From the NCBI GenBank assembly GCA_964236955.1, contig CAXSGP010000106.1:1-15574 (forward strand): a DNA stretch of 15,574 bases. Direction: 5' to 3'. The notes under the pieces are model-generated. The model made no database searches. It had not been told where the DNA came from and saw only the letters and a list, made by a program, of their open reading frames with translations. Positions within the stretch are counted from its first letter, which is position 1; each line of letters opens with the position of its first letter. The DNA is from an uncultured Oligoflexus sp. Lineage in GTDB: Bacteria; Bdellovibrionota_B; Oligoflexia; Oligoflexales; Oligoflexaceae. Both the position numbers and the translations under genes were made by a program. Of this stretch, positions 6,217 to 15,528 are shown piece by piece.

Positions 6217-8610
6217 ATGAATGAAGGTCCAGAAGGGCTTAGAAATATGTTAAGAGTTCGAGGCATAAAGCCGCTTTTGCTGCTCATTTCTTTTCTGTCC
6301 GTTCTGTGCGTGGATCTCTCGTGCAGACCGGCTCAAGACCTGTCGAAGAGTTTTATTGTGGGTGGCAAGGTGCCCGATGGAATGAGTCCGGCGTTGCATA
6401 GCACGGTGGCTCTCGTCAAAAGTGAGGGTCAATCCCTCAGCACTGTTTGTTCGGGAATCTTGGTTGCACCTCGGCTGGTTCTAACTGCCGCGCATTGCGT
6501 CGAACTTAGCAAGACGAAATTATCGCTTCTGTTTGGTATGGCTGACACCGATATGCCCGCGAAGACGGTCGAAATCGAGAGCAGTTACACCTACAAACGC
6601 GATGGATCGCGCTTTTTTCCGAACTTCGACATCGCCTGGGTCAAACTTAGGGAAGACGCTCCGGCCCCATGGAAACCTGTGGAGCTGCTCCGTTCATCAG
6701 CGGCTCTGGAAAGCATTGAGGGACAGGCCGATAAAATTCTTTTGGCCGGCTTTGGACGTACTGCGAGCGTTTGTAAAAACTCGGAATGCATGGGCCGTCT
6801 CTTTGAAGTCTGGACCAGGCTTGAGCATTTTTTTAACGAAGCCCACTTTGTCAATCTGCTTGTCATTGGCCCCAATCCCGGTCACGGCACTTGCAATGGC
6901 GACTCGGGTGGTCCGGCCTTTGTGCGTCTCAAGGATCGATGGTTACTCGCCGGAATATTAAACGGTAAAAGCCCACTGCTCAATTCTCCGAAACTATGGG
7001 AGAAGGGCGTCTGCGAAAGCGGCGAAGCTATCTATAACTTCGCCGGCGCCTATGTGGACTGGATCGAATCAAGTTCGGGAATCAAACTTGAGCATGACGA
7101 GGCAAGCAATCCCTCACCGGCGGCTCCTGAAGCTCTAGACAGTATTCAAGGACTCGGATCGAACCCATTGCTTGAGCAGCTGCTCGGGTTTAACAACCAC
7201 AATGAAAATATCTGGGCCACGGTGGAGACCCTCGTCAGCGGCTTCAAAGACCCTTTAAATCGATATGGCGCAACGGTTGAGGAACTCGTGACCCAGCCGG
7301 CTCTGGCTGCCGCTGCCATGCGTCGGTGGACCGAATTTCGTCATGTTGGGCTCAGCTTCGACTTTGTTATTTCCAGCCAGAAGAGCAATCAACTCGTCGA
7401 TGTTCAACCCATAGGCGAATTGACTTCATTGCGTACGCTCGCACTTGATAGCAATATGATTCGCAATACCTCGGCGTTAGGCAAACTTACCTTGCTGGAT
7501 GATCTAAGCCTCCGAAATAATTACGACTATTCCAAAAAGAAAAAAGTCGCCTGGAATTTTGATTTCATTCGGCAGTTGAGAAACCTGAAACGTCTCGATC
7601 TATCAAACAATAGCGACAATCTCAAACTGCATAGCATTGCCTGGGAAAACCTGGAACAACTCGAGGAGCTCGAACTTTCCGACAATGGCCGGGGCCTTAA
7701 CCTGGCGTCAATACCCTGGGAAAAACTCCACAATCTTAAAAAACTCACGATACGAAACAGCCAGCTTACCGATATCGAGGCTCTGAAAGGTGCAAGTTCA
7801 CTGGAAATTCTCGATCTCAGTCGGAATGCGATTCAATCGATCAGCGCGCTCGCCGAACTCAAAAACCTGAACTACCTCGACCTTTCGATGAATAAAATTC
7901 GTGATTTCTCACCGCTGTCAGGTCTCAGTAAGCTAAGCAGTCTAAAGGCTCTCAGCAATGTGCAGAACGAGGACTTCTGTCCACTTGGATCCACATGCGT
8001 CTACAGCCCGGCAAGTTTCAGTGATTTCGAAAGTTACTGCCGCTTTGCCTTTACCCTCTCGACCGATGACCTCAGCCACTGGTCTGGAGGCGCGACGGTG
8101 ATGCGACTGATCCAAATTGCTGGCGTTGGGGACCTTCGCATTGATGGCTGTCGGGATGCTCAGATCGAGCTATCGAAATTAAAAACCCTCGATCTGTCAG
8201 GTTCACCGGCAATGCCTTACATCGAAGATATCAGTCCCGTAAGTCCATTGACCCAACTTGAGACTTTGGTTCTCTCGAACAATGATTTACGCGACATTCG
8301 CCCGCTGTCGAACCTGGTGAATCTAAAACGGCTCGACCTCTCTCAGAATTACATCGAGATGGTCGAGCCGTTGCAAAGTCTAAAGTCTTTGCAGTTTCTT
8401 ATTATCGATGGCAACCAGATCGCATCGCTCGATCCCCTGGCAGAAATTCCTGGACTGAACGTTTTTGCCTACAATAACCCTATTTATGACGACGACTGTC
8501 CTATACCCAAAGGACTCTGTTTCGTCGATGACAGCGGCTTCAGAATCTCTCCCTTAAAATACTTGCGGTCCCGGCAAAGCGCATCCTGGCTTGAACCTGA
8601 CCAAAACTAG
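6217..8610 (+). CDS. Secreted S1 (chymotrypsin-fold) serine protease fused to internalin-like leucine-rich repeats
   Basis: Hydrophobic signal, IVGG at 6355, triad LTAAHC / NFDIAW / CNGDSGGP, then many LxxLxxLDLSxN repeats. The start could be ATG 6247. Confidence 0.92.
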   Translation: MNEGPEGLRNMLRVRGIKPLLLLISFLSVLCVDLSCRPAQDLSKSFIVGGKVPDGMSPALHSTVALVKSEGQSLSTVCSGILVAPRLVLTAAHCVELSKTKLSLLFGMADTDMPAKTVEIESSYTYKRDGSRFFPNFDIAWVKLREDAPAPWKPVELLRSSAALESIEGQADKILLAGFGRTASVCKNSECMGRLFEVWTRLEHFFNEAHFVNLLVIGPNPGHGTCNGDSGGPAFVRLKDRWLLAGILNGKSPLLNSPKLWEKGVCESGEAIYNFAGAYVDWIESSSGIKLEHDEASNPSPAAPEALDSIQGLGSNPLLEQLLGFNNHNENIWATVETLVSGFKDPLNRYGATVEELVTQPALAAAAMRRWTEFRHVGLSFDFVISSQKSNQLVDVQPIGELTSLRTLALDSNMIRNTSALGKLTLLDDLSLRNNYDYSKKKKVAWNFDFIRQLRNLKRLDLSNNSDNLKLHSIAWENLEQLEELELSDNGRGLNLASIPWEKLHNLKKLTIRNSQLTDIEALKGASSLEILDLSRNAIQSISALAELKNLNYLDLSMNKIRDFSPLSGLSKLSSLKALSNVQNEDFCPLGSTCVYSPASFSDFESYCRFAFTLSTDDLSHWSGGATVMRLIQIAGVGDLRIDGCRDAQIELSKLKTLDLSGSPAMPYIEDISPVSPLTQLETLVLSNNDLRDIRPLSNLVNLKRLDLSQNYIEMVEPLQSLKSLQFLIIDGNQIASLDPLAEIPGLNVFAYNNPIYDDDCPIPKGLCFVDDSGFRISPLKYLRSRQSASWLEPDQN

Positions 8611-8866
8611 AGGCCAAACCGCTTTCGCCCAGTGCGACCGGCGCAAAAGGGTCGGCACCTTCCGGCAAAAATGCATCGAGAGGAGCATCCTGGGCCGCTG
8701 AATTTTTTTGCATGCGTTGCTTTTGCTCATTCCGGATGGCCTTACGCACAAGGCCCATTATATATTCGTCGACTGAGCATCTTTGAGCTGCAGCCAAATC
8801 TTCCAAAACATCCCGACTTTGGTCGTCAAGGCTAAGCGTCAGGGCTAATCCTGTGGAACCTTTCAT
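8540..8866 (-). CDS. Small hypothetical protein (108 aa) with N-terminal ribbon-helix-helix-like segment
   Basis: GGGAGAGGA RBS at 8877-8869 before ATG 8866 and a promoter just upstream. LTLSLDDQSRDVLEDLAAAQRCSVDEYIMGLVRKAI has the beta-alpha-alpha CopG/Arc pattern. The ORF-track start at 8992 is less likely. Confidence 0.65.
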   Translation of the reverse strand: MKGSTGLALTLSLDDQSRDVLEDLAAAQRCSVDEYIMGLVRKAIRNEQKQRMQKNSAAQDAPLDAFLPEGADPFAPVALGESGLASSFGQVQARMRFAGTASILRERF

Positions 8867-8903
8867 GGTCCTCTCCCGAGTGATGGCGATGCTGATTGCC
8901 AGG

Positions 8904-8932
8904 ATCTTAACAAATTGACATCTTTTCGTCCA
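8904..8932 (-). promoter_or_regulatory. Sigma70-type promoter for the small RHH-like gene
   Basis: Minus strand TGGACG (8932-8927), 17 nt, TAAGAT (8909-8904) with an extended -10 TG at 8912-8911. Confidence 0.55.
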
Positions 8933-9018
8933 CGACCAGTCTTCACTTCTTGAGCCTTGGCCGGTAAATCGGTTAACTAGGGTGGGAATCAATTGGGGCT
9001 CAATGCAGGGATGGGGTG

Positions 9019-11919
9019 ATGGAAGAACTATTTGAGACTATCCGCGGGAACGCATCAAAGGATATTTGGTCGCGCGGCGTGGAGCTTGCCCGACAGGACG
9101 CAGTGAGTGGAGACCGCCGATCAGGGGACGAAATTTGTCTGCGGGTCTATGAACGCTCACGGACCGTCAGCACTCTCATTACATTATGGCCGAATGACGT
9201 CGACTGGAGCAAAGACTGCACCTGTAAGGGTGATCCGTGTCATCATGTAGCGGCAGCGGTCATTGCCCTGAAACGAGCCGAGGAGCAGGGTCAGGCATTG
9301 CCTCAGACTAAGACGGCGGGAGGAATTCTCCACTATGCCTTTACCCGACACCAAGGCGCTCTCCATTTTGAACGCTATGTTCGCCACGGTGAAGATTCAC
9401 GCCTCCTGACTATTCCTTTGAGCCAGAGCCATCGATTGAGTGAATATGCGGTATCGCCCACAAAAGCGGATCAGGCCGTAGAGTCTGCGCTGGCCGGCGA
9501 TCGCCGGGGTCGTCTGACCGTAGGCACCATGTTAAGGCTTCTGCCAGCTCTTATCGATTGCCCCCTCACTCTCGACGAAAAGCCTGTGACGATCAATCGG
9601 GAGGCGCTCGGTCTTAGCGTAGAGATTCGGGACGAGGGGCTGGGCATCCATGTCATTGGCAAAAAAGACCCGAGGATCCTCGAATCCTTTACCAATGGTG
9701 CCGTGTTGAGTGCGGCAGGGCTTCATCCGCAAATCGATTTGGCGATGGAAATCGAAGATCGCAACCTGCTTCTGCATGGCCGGACCATTCCGTCACGTGA
9801 TCTCGAAACATTCGCAAGCGAAAAACTTCCCGCCTGGGAAAAGAAATACGTGATCAACAACAAGGCTAGAAACCTTCCCACTTTAGTCGAAGCTGAGCCC
9901 GAGCTTGAACTCCTGCTTGAGCGTCACGGCGAGCAGATGATGGTACTCCCTGGCCTCGTCTACGGGGAACCCGCTATAGCCCGCATGAGCGAAGGTGTGT
10001 TCCAGCCCCTTGGCAAGCAGGTTCCGATCCGTGATCATGACGAAGAGCGCCGCCTTAAAGATCAGCTCTGGCGTCAACTCGGACTTGAACTCTATGCAGC
10101 GAAGATGCTTCCTGCCGCCGAAGCGATACATATGGTAGATAGTCTCAAGACATGGAAAGGCAAAATTCGGGGCAATGGCGTCGATCAGTTCCGCCGGGCG
10201 GGAACTCTCAAGCCAAACATTAAGTGGGACCAAGGTCGCATGGCGTTCGAGTTTGAGGATGAGAGCGGCGAAATCAAACAAAAGGCCTCGGCCGGCGATG
10301 TATTAAGAGCTTTTCAGGACGGTAAGAGCCTCGTACCCCTTTTCGGAGGTGGATTTGCCAGTCTGCCAGTTGACTGGCTGCAAAAATATGGCAACAAAAT
10401 AATTGAACTTATGAATGCGCAAAGTGATCAGGAGGCCTTGCCAAAAGCTGCTTTTGCTCAGGCGCTTGAGCTTTTTGATGAGCTCGCTATCGATGCACCG
10501 GGAGAATTAAAAATATTCAATCGCCTCAAAGACTGCGATTGGAGCGCCCTACCCCTTGCTCTACCGGAAGGCATGGCCCATACAGTGCAGCTTCGGCCCT
10601 ATCAAAACGAAGGTGTGGCCTGGCTCCAGCAGATGCAGGCTTTCGAACTTGGGGCGTTATTGGCCGATGACATGGGACTCGGCAAGACCTTGCAGGCTAT
10701 CGCCTGTCTGCGGCGTCACACTCTGATTATCGCACCGACCAGTGTTCTGCCGAACTGGAAACGAGAGTTGCATCGATTCCGTCCTCAGCTCAAAGTCTCG
10801 CTCTATCACGGCCCATCCCGAGTCTGGGATACCGAAGCCGATGTAATAATAACCAGTTACGGGATCTTGCGCCAGGATCTGGATCTCCTGCAAAAACGCC
10901 TATGGGAAATCGTGATACTCGACGAAGCCCAGACGATCAAAAATCCTGATAGCAAAGTCGCGCAGGCTGCCTTTCAGCTGCATTCAAAGTTTCGGGTCGC
11001 GTTGAGCGGAACGCCCGTGGAAAACCGCTTGGAAGACCTTTGGAGTATCTTTGCCTTCTTGAATCCGGGCCTCCTCGGTACGAAAAAAGATTTTCGAGTG
11101 CGCTGGTCGAAAACGATAGAGGATGGTGACAATGAAGCAGCAACCCGCCTTAGAAAAATTTTACGTCCCTTCATCCTCAGACGCTTGAAAACTCAGGTGG
11201 CAAAAGACCTCCCGCCTCGCATCGAAAAGATTATGTATTCCGAACTCTGGCCTGAAGAGAGAAAGCTTTACGAAGCAATTTACGCAACGACACGCAGGGA
11301 AGTCGTTGCCAAACTAAAGGCAGGCGGGTCTATATTTGAAGCTTTGGAAGCACTCTTACGCATGCGGCAGGTATGCTGTCATCCCTCGCTCGTGCCCGGT
11401 CAGGAAGCTGGGCACTCTTCGAAGTTGACTCTTCTCATCGATACCCTGCAAATTGCTCTCGCCGAGGATCACAAGGCTTTAGTCTTCTCGCAGTGGACTG
11501 GCCTTTTGGATTTGGTCGAACCTGTGCTTGAAGCAGCAGGCATTCGCTTTCTGCGCCTCGACGGCAGCACGAAAGATAGGCAAACCATAGTGGATCAGTT
11601 CCAGGATCCCTCAGGGCCTCCCGTTCTTATCATGTCGCTGAAGGCGGGAGGCGTCGGCTTAAACCTGACTCAGGCCGATCACGTTTTTATTCTCGATCCC
11701 TGGTGGAACCCGGCGGCAGCCGATCAGGCCGCCGACCGCGCCCACCGCATAGGACAGCAGCGTAACGTCATGATCCATCCGCTTGTGGCATTGGATACCG
11801 TCGAGGAAAAAATTATGGAGCTCCAAAATGCCAAACGGGCTTTGGCTGCAGCGAGTCTGGGGGAAGGTGCGGCGCCGGCTATAACGCGCCAGGATATTTT
11901 GGATTTGTTAGGGGACTGA
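9019..11919 (+). CDS. SNF2-family helicase/ATPase with N-terminal SWIM zinc finger
   Basis: CTCKGDPCHH (CxCx4CxH), LRPYQ, Walker A DDMGLGKT, DEAQ, SGTPVEN, SLKAGGVGLNL and QAADRAHRIGQ. Start is GTG 9016 or ATG 9019. Confidence 0.95.
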   Translation: MEELFETIRGNASKDIWSRGVELARQDAVSGDRRSGDEICLRVYERSRTVSTLITLWPNDVDWSKDCTCKGDPCHHVAAAVIALKRAEEQGQALPQTKTAGGILHYAFTRHQGALHFERYVRHGEDSRLLTIPLSQSHRLSEYAVSPTKADQAVESALAGDRRGRLTVGTMLRLLPALIDCPLTLDEKPVTINREALGLSVEIRDEGLGIHVIGKKDPRILESFTNGAVLSAAGLHPQIDLAMEIEDRNLLLHGRTIPSRDLETFASEKLPAWEKKYVINNKARNLPTLVEAEPELELLLERHGEQMMVLPGLVYGEPAIARMSEGVFQPLGKQVPIRDHDEERRLKDQLWRQLGLELYAAKMLPAAEAIHMVDSLKTWKGKIRGNGVDQFRRAGTLKPNIKWDQGRMAFEFEDESGEIKQKASAGDVLRAFQDGKSLVPLFGGGFASLPVDWLQKYGNKIIELMNAQSDQEALPKAAFAQALELFDELAIDAPGELKIFNRLKDCDWSALPLALPEGMAHTVQLRPYQNEGVAWLQQMQAFELGALLADDMGLGKTLQAIACLRRHTLIIAPTSVLPNWKRELHRFRPQLKVSLYHGPSRVWDTEADVIITSYGILRQDLDLLQKRLWEIVILDEAQTIKNPDSKVAQAAFQLHSKFRVALSGTPVENRLEDLWSIFAFLNPGLLGTKKDFRVRWSKTIEDGDNEAATRLRKILRPFILRRLKTQVAKDLPPRIEKIMYSELWPEERKLYEAIYATTRREVVAKLKAGGSIFEALEALLRMRQVCCHPSLVPGQEAGHSSKLTLLIDTLQIALAEDHKALVFSQWTGLLDLVEPVLEAAGIRFLRLDGSTKDRQTIVDQFQDPSGPPVLIMSLKAGGVGLNLTQADHVFILDPWWNPAAADQAADRAHRIGQQRNVMIHPLVALDTVEEKIMELQNAKRALAAASLGEGAAPAITRQDILDLLGD

Positions 11920-11927
11920 TTGTCTGT

Positions 11928-13265
11928 CTATCCTCCTTCCGCATCGCTGAGTTCCCGGCGATCAAGAAAACGATGGAGTAAATATAGTCCCAGACAGGCG
12001 CTTAGAGCAGACCCAAGAAAAGTTCCGACCTTGGCTGAGGCGAGCAGGTCCCCGTCCATGGCCAGGCTTGCAATAAATATCGACATGGTAAAACCCACTC
12101 CCGCGAGACAGGAGGCCGCGAAAAATACCAAGTTCGACACGCCGCTTGGAAAAGTGACCAAGCGAAAGGCCTGAGCGATCCAACTTATGCAGTAAATGCC
12201 AAGGGGCTTGCCAAAAACCAGACCTAAAATCACCGCCCAGGCGGTACGAGATTCCAATGCTGTAAGTTGAACGGACACCCCCGCATTGGCGAGCGCGAAA
12301 AGCGGCATGATGCCAAAGGCCACCCAAGGGTGAAGGTCAACCGCGAGGCGCTCCAGAGGGGAAATGGACTCGCGCCCGACGGCCCGCAAGGACTCCCTAT
12401 CAAAATCCTCAGCCTCGTCGGTCAGACCTTTCAAGAAGCGGGAAAGAAAGGTTTTTAAATCTTTGGCCCTGACCAGACGGCCCGATGGTGCGGCCAAACC
12501 CAGCAATACCCCGGCGAGCGTGGGATGGATCCCTGAACGCCAAAGAAAATACCACATGAAAACGCCAAGAATGATGTAAGGCGTGACGCGTCGCACACCC
12601 AGAAAATTCAAAACGAAGACCAGCCCATAAAATCCCAGGCTGGCCGCCAGATAATCCGTGACGATGCCCTTCGAATAAACGACGGCGATGATGATGATGG
12701 CTCCGATATCGTCCGCGATGGCCAAAGTTAATAAAGTGATTTTGAGGGCATGGGGGACCCTTCGGCCCAGCAGCGATAAAAAGCCTACGACAAAGGCGAT
12801 ATCAGTGGCCATAGGTATGGCCCAGCCCTGCATCGCCGGTCCGCGGCCGGCGAGGGATAGGTAGAGCAAAGCGGGTACAGCCATGCCTCCGACCGCGGCC
12901 AGTATAGGCAAAAGTGCTTTTTTTAGGGATCGTAACTCGCCTGATCGGATCTCCCGCTTGATCTCAAGACCCATAACGAAAAAAAAGATCGTCATCAGGC
13001 CATCGTTAATAAAATGGACAAGGCTCATTTCTAAAGAACCTTCTGCGACGGACACCGAAAGTTTTTGCTGCCAAAAATTAAAATAAGGCTGACTTAGGGA
13101 AGTATTGGCTAGAAACAGGGCGATGAGGGTGGCGAGGAGAAGGACAATGCCCCCCGAGGCTTCGATTTCCATGAATCTATGAATCGGTCGCAGGAGGTGA
13201 TCCAGCTTCATTTTTGGCAGGAAATCTTTAGCAACTAAGTCTGAATCAGAATTTTTTCGGCCCAT
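11928..13265 (-). CDS. nhaA: Na+/H+ antiporter NhaA
   Basis: INDGLMTIFFFVMGLEIKRE, PMATDIAF, LAIADDIGA and GVGFTMSIFI. GGAGG RBS upstream of ATG 13265; the alternative start is 13211. Confidence 0.95.
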   Translation of the reverse strand: MGRKNSDSDLVAKDFLPKMKLDHLLRPIHRFMEIEASGGIVLLLATLIALFLANTSLSQPYFNFWQQKLSVSVAEGSLEMSLVHFINDGLMTIFFFVMGLEIKREIRSGELRSLKKALLPILAAVGGMAVPALLYLSLAGRGPAMQGWAIPMATDIAFVVGFLSLLGRRVPHALKITLLTLAIADDIGAIIIIAVVYSKGIVTDYLAASLGFYGLVFVLNFLGVRRVTPYIILGVFMWYFLWRSGIHPTLAGVLLGLAAPSGRLVRAKDLKTFLSRFLKGLTDEAEDFDRESLRAVGRESISPLERLAVDLHPWVAFGIMPLFALANAGVSVQLTALESRTAWAVILGLVFGKPLGIYCISWIAQAFRLVTFPSGVSNLVFFAASCLAGVGFTMSIFIASLAMDGDLLASAKVGTFLGSALSACLGLYLLHRFLDRRELSDAEGG

Positions 13266-13484
13266 AACTCCTCCATTTCCCTTGTCCAGTGTAGACACTC
13301 GAGCACGATTAGGCAAAAGGAAGTCAATAATGCCCAGAGCCAGCCAAGCAAGGCCAGCTGATCCCTGCGAACCGAACTAAACTGCAGATCGATTGCCGAT
13401 GCTTTAACCGTCTTTTCATGGCTCAAGCACCAACTTCCTGCTATCTTTGGCCAACGGGAACGTCTTAGAATCTACGAGGACTTT

Positions 13485-15476
13485 ATGCACATCTCCTTAC
13501 CGAACAGCCTCCCACCCGCTCCGAAGTTCGAGCCGGGCATTCGAAGAGCACCTAAGCGCGAGTTCAAATTGGACCGTACCGATACCGAATTGGCGCTTCG
13601 TAATGCTTTGCGCTATGTTCCTGAATCGCTTCATGCCCAAGTTGCGCCGGAATTTCTGGACGAATTAAAAACTCATGGCCGTATTTATGGCTTTCGCTTT
13701 CGGCCACAAACCCGGATCTACGGCAAGCCCCTAAACGAATATCCGGGCCAATGCCTTGCGGGCCAAGCCCTGCAGGTCATGATCGACAATAATCTCGACT
13801 TTGAAATCGCACTTTATCCTTACGAACTCGTGACTTATGGGGAAACGGGCCAGGTGTTTCAAAACTGGATGCAGTATGCCCTTACCATGCAGTATCTGCA
13901 GCAGCTTACCGAACATCAGACTCTGGTCCTGCAGTCCGGTCATCCGCTTGGTGTATTCCCCAGTCATCCTGAGGCCCCTCGCGTCATTACTACCAATGGA
14001 CTCATGATAGGACTCTTCGACAATCCCGAAGATTTTCATAGAGCGGCTGCGATTGGAGTGGCGAACTATGGCCAGATGACGGCAGGGGGCTGGATGTACA
14101 TTGGGCCCCAGGGCATTGTTCATGGCACTTTCAATACCCTCTCCATTGCCGGTCGATTGAAACTGGGTCTGTCTAATGAAGCCAATCTCGCGGGTAAACT
14201 TTTTATCAGTTCTGGCTTAGGGGGTATGAGTGGCGCTCAGGCCAAGGCCGCCGATATAGCAGGGGCAGTAAGCATTATTGCTGAGGTCGATCGCTCTCGA
14301 ATTGACACGCGCTATAAACAGGGCTGGGTAAGCCGTGTGACAGCCGATAAGAGCGAAGCCTTCCAATGGGCCATCGCCTCTCAGAAAGCCGGCAAAGAAC
14401 TCTCCATAGCCTTCCATGGGAACATAGTCGATCTCCTTCAGTACGCGGTGGATCATAATCATAAAATCGATCTGCTTTCCGATCAGACCAGCTGTCATGC
14501 CGTTTATGAAGGCGGCTATTGCCCAATGGGAATGAGTTTCGAAGAGCGTACGGCCCTGCTTGAAGGCAATCGCACCCTTTTCAACAAGCGGGTCGATGAA
14601 AGCCTTCAAAAACATTTTTCACTCATCAAGACCCTGAGCGCGAGGGGCACCTACTTCTTTGATTACGGTAACGCCTTTATGAAGGCGGTCTTTGACACTG
14701 GTCTCAAAGAAATTGCAAAAAATGGCAGGGATACCCGCGAGGGATTTATATGGCCCAGTTATGTTGAAGATATATTGGGACCAGAGCTTTTTGATTATGG
14801 GTATGGCCCCTTCCGTTGGGTATGTTTAAGTGGGAAACCCGAGGACCTTCGCAAAACCGATCATGCAGCCGCCGAAATCATAGCGAATCTCAAGCCCGAA
14901 CTACGCTACCAGGATTTGGATAACCTTAAATGGGTACGCGAAGCTGAAAGCTACCAGTTGGTCGTTGGGACCCAGGCCCGGATTCTTTATCAGGATGCCG
15001 AAGGTCGCCGGCGTATCGCCTTGCGTTTTAATGAAATGGTTCGCAAGGGAGAGGTTGGGACTATCATGCTGGGTCGCGACCATCATGATACGGGAGGCAC
15101 CGATTCGCCCTTTCGTGAGACCTCGAACATAAAGGATGGCTCAAATATTATGGCGGAAATGGCGACCCATGTGTTCGCCGGCAATGCGGCCAGGGGCATG
15201 ACTTTGGTTGCCTTGCATAACGGCGGCGGCGTCGGCATTGGCAAATCGATCAACGGTGGCTTCGGACTGGTTCTCGATGGCTCTGAGGCAAGCGATCGCA
15301 TCATCAACCGCGCCCTACCCTGGGACGTTTTGGGTGGCGTATCGCGGCGGGCTTGGGCAGGAAATAACCATTCCATTGAAACGATGCAGGCCTACAACGA
15401 AGCTCAGGGAACAACCTTTGTAACTCTGCCTCACCTTGCCAAGAGCGAGTTGCTCCAGGCATTGCTGGATTGTTAA
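13485..15476 (+). CDS. hutU: Urocanate hydratase, long (UROC1-like) form
   Basis: YGQMTAGGWMYIGPQGIVHGT, GLGGMSGAQ, SDQTSCH, FDYGN, GPFRWV, GRDHHD, SPFRET and HNGGGVGIG; 663 aa; GAGGA RBS at 13477-13481. Confidence 0.97.
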   Translation: MHISLPNSLPPAPKFEPGIRRAPKREFKLDRTDTELALRNALRYVPESLHAQVAPEFLDELKTHGRIYGFRFRPQTRIYGKPLNEYPGQCLAGQALQVMIDNNLDFEIALYPYELVTYGETGQVFQNWMQYALTMQYLQQLTEHQTLVLQSGHPLGVFPSHPEAPRVITTNGLMIGLFDNPEDFHRAAAIGVANYGQMTAGGWMYIGPQGIVHGTFNTLSIAGRLKLGLSNEANLAGKLFISSGLGGMSGAQAKAADIAGAVSIIAEVDRSRIDTRYKQGWVSRVTADKSEAFQWAIASQKAGKELSIAFHGNIVDLLQYAVDHNHKIDLLSDQTSCHAVYEGGYCPMGMSFEERTALLEGNRTLFNKRVDESLQKHFSLIKTLSARGTYFFDYGNAFMKAVFDTGLKEIAKNGRDTREGFIWPSYVEDILGPELFDYGYGPFRWVCLSGKPEDLRKTDHAAAEIIANLKPELRYQDLDNLKWVREAESYQLVVGTQARILYQDAEGRRRIALRFNEMVRKGEVGTIMLGRDHHDTGGTDSPFRETSNIKDGSNIMAEMATHVFAGNAARGMTLVALHNGGGVGIGKSINGGFGLVLDGSEASDRIINRALPWDVLGGVSRRAWAGNNHSIETMQAYNEAQGTTFVTLPHLAKSELLQALLDC

Positions 15477-15490
15477 GCTCTTTAAAATCT

Positions 15491-15524
15491 AAAATAGAAG
15501 GCGCAGTATGCAATACACTGCGCC
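15491..15524 (-). terminator. Intrinsic terminator for a convergent minus-strand gene, possibly bidirectional
   Basis: GGCGCAGT (15500-15507) / ACTGCGCC (15517-15524) perfect 8-bp stem, followed on the minus strand by UUCUAUUUU. Confidence 0.75.
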
Positions 15525-15528
15525 ATAG

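Noticed and set aside
8915..8945. Perfect TTGACA as the -35 for the SNF2 gene
   Set aside because: No credible -10 at 16-18 nt spacing.
1834..11919. HNH + EEP + protease + SNF2 as one anti-phage defence system
   Set aside because: The genes lie on different strands, are interspersed with housekeeping genes and are not operonic; two of the products are exported; no mobility genes are present.
13288..13299. AGTGT-AG-ACACT dyad as a HutC operator
   Set aside because: Spacing differs from TGTA-N2-TACA, it lies about 185 nt from hutU next to the nhaA start, and no hutC is nearby.
103..15513. Remaining short ORFs in the six-frame track (e.g. 2445-2867, 3306-3524, 6533-6961, 9883-10281, 11920-12174, 13731-14123)
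   Set aside because: They are antisense or off-frame shadows of well-supported genes and show no recognisable motifs.
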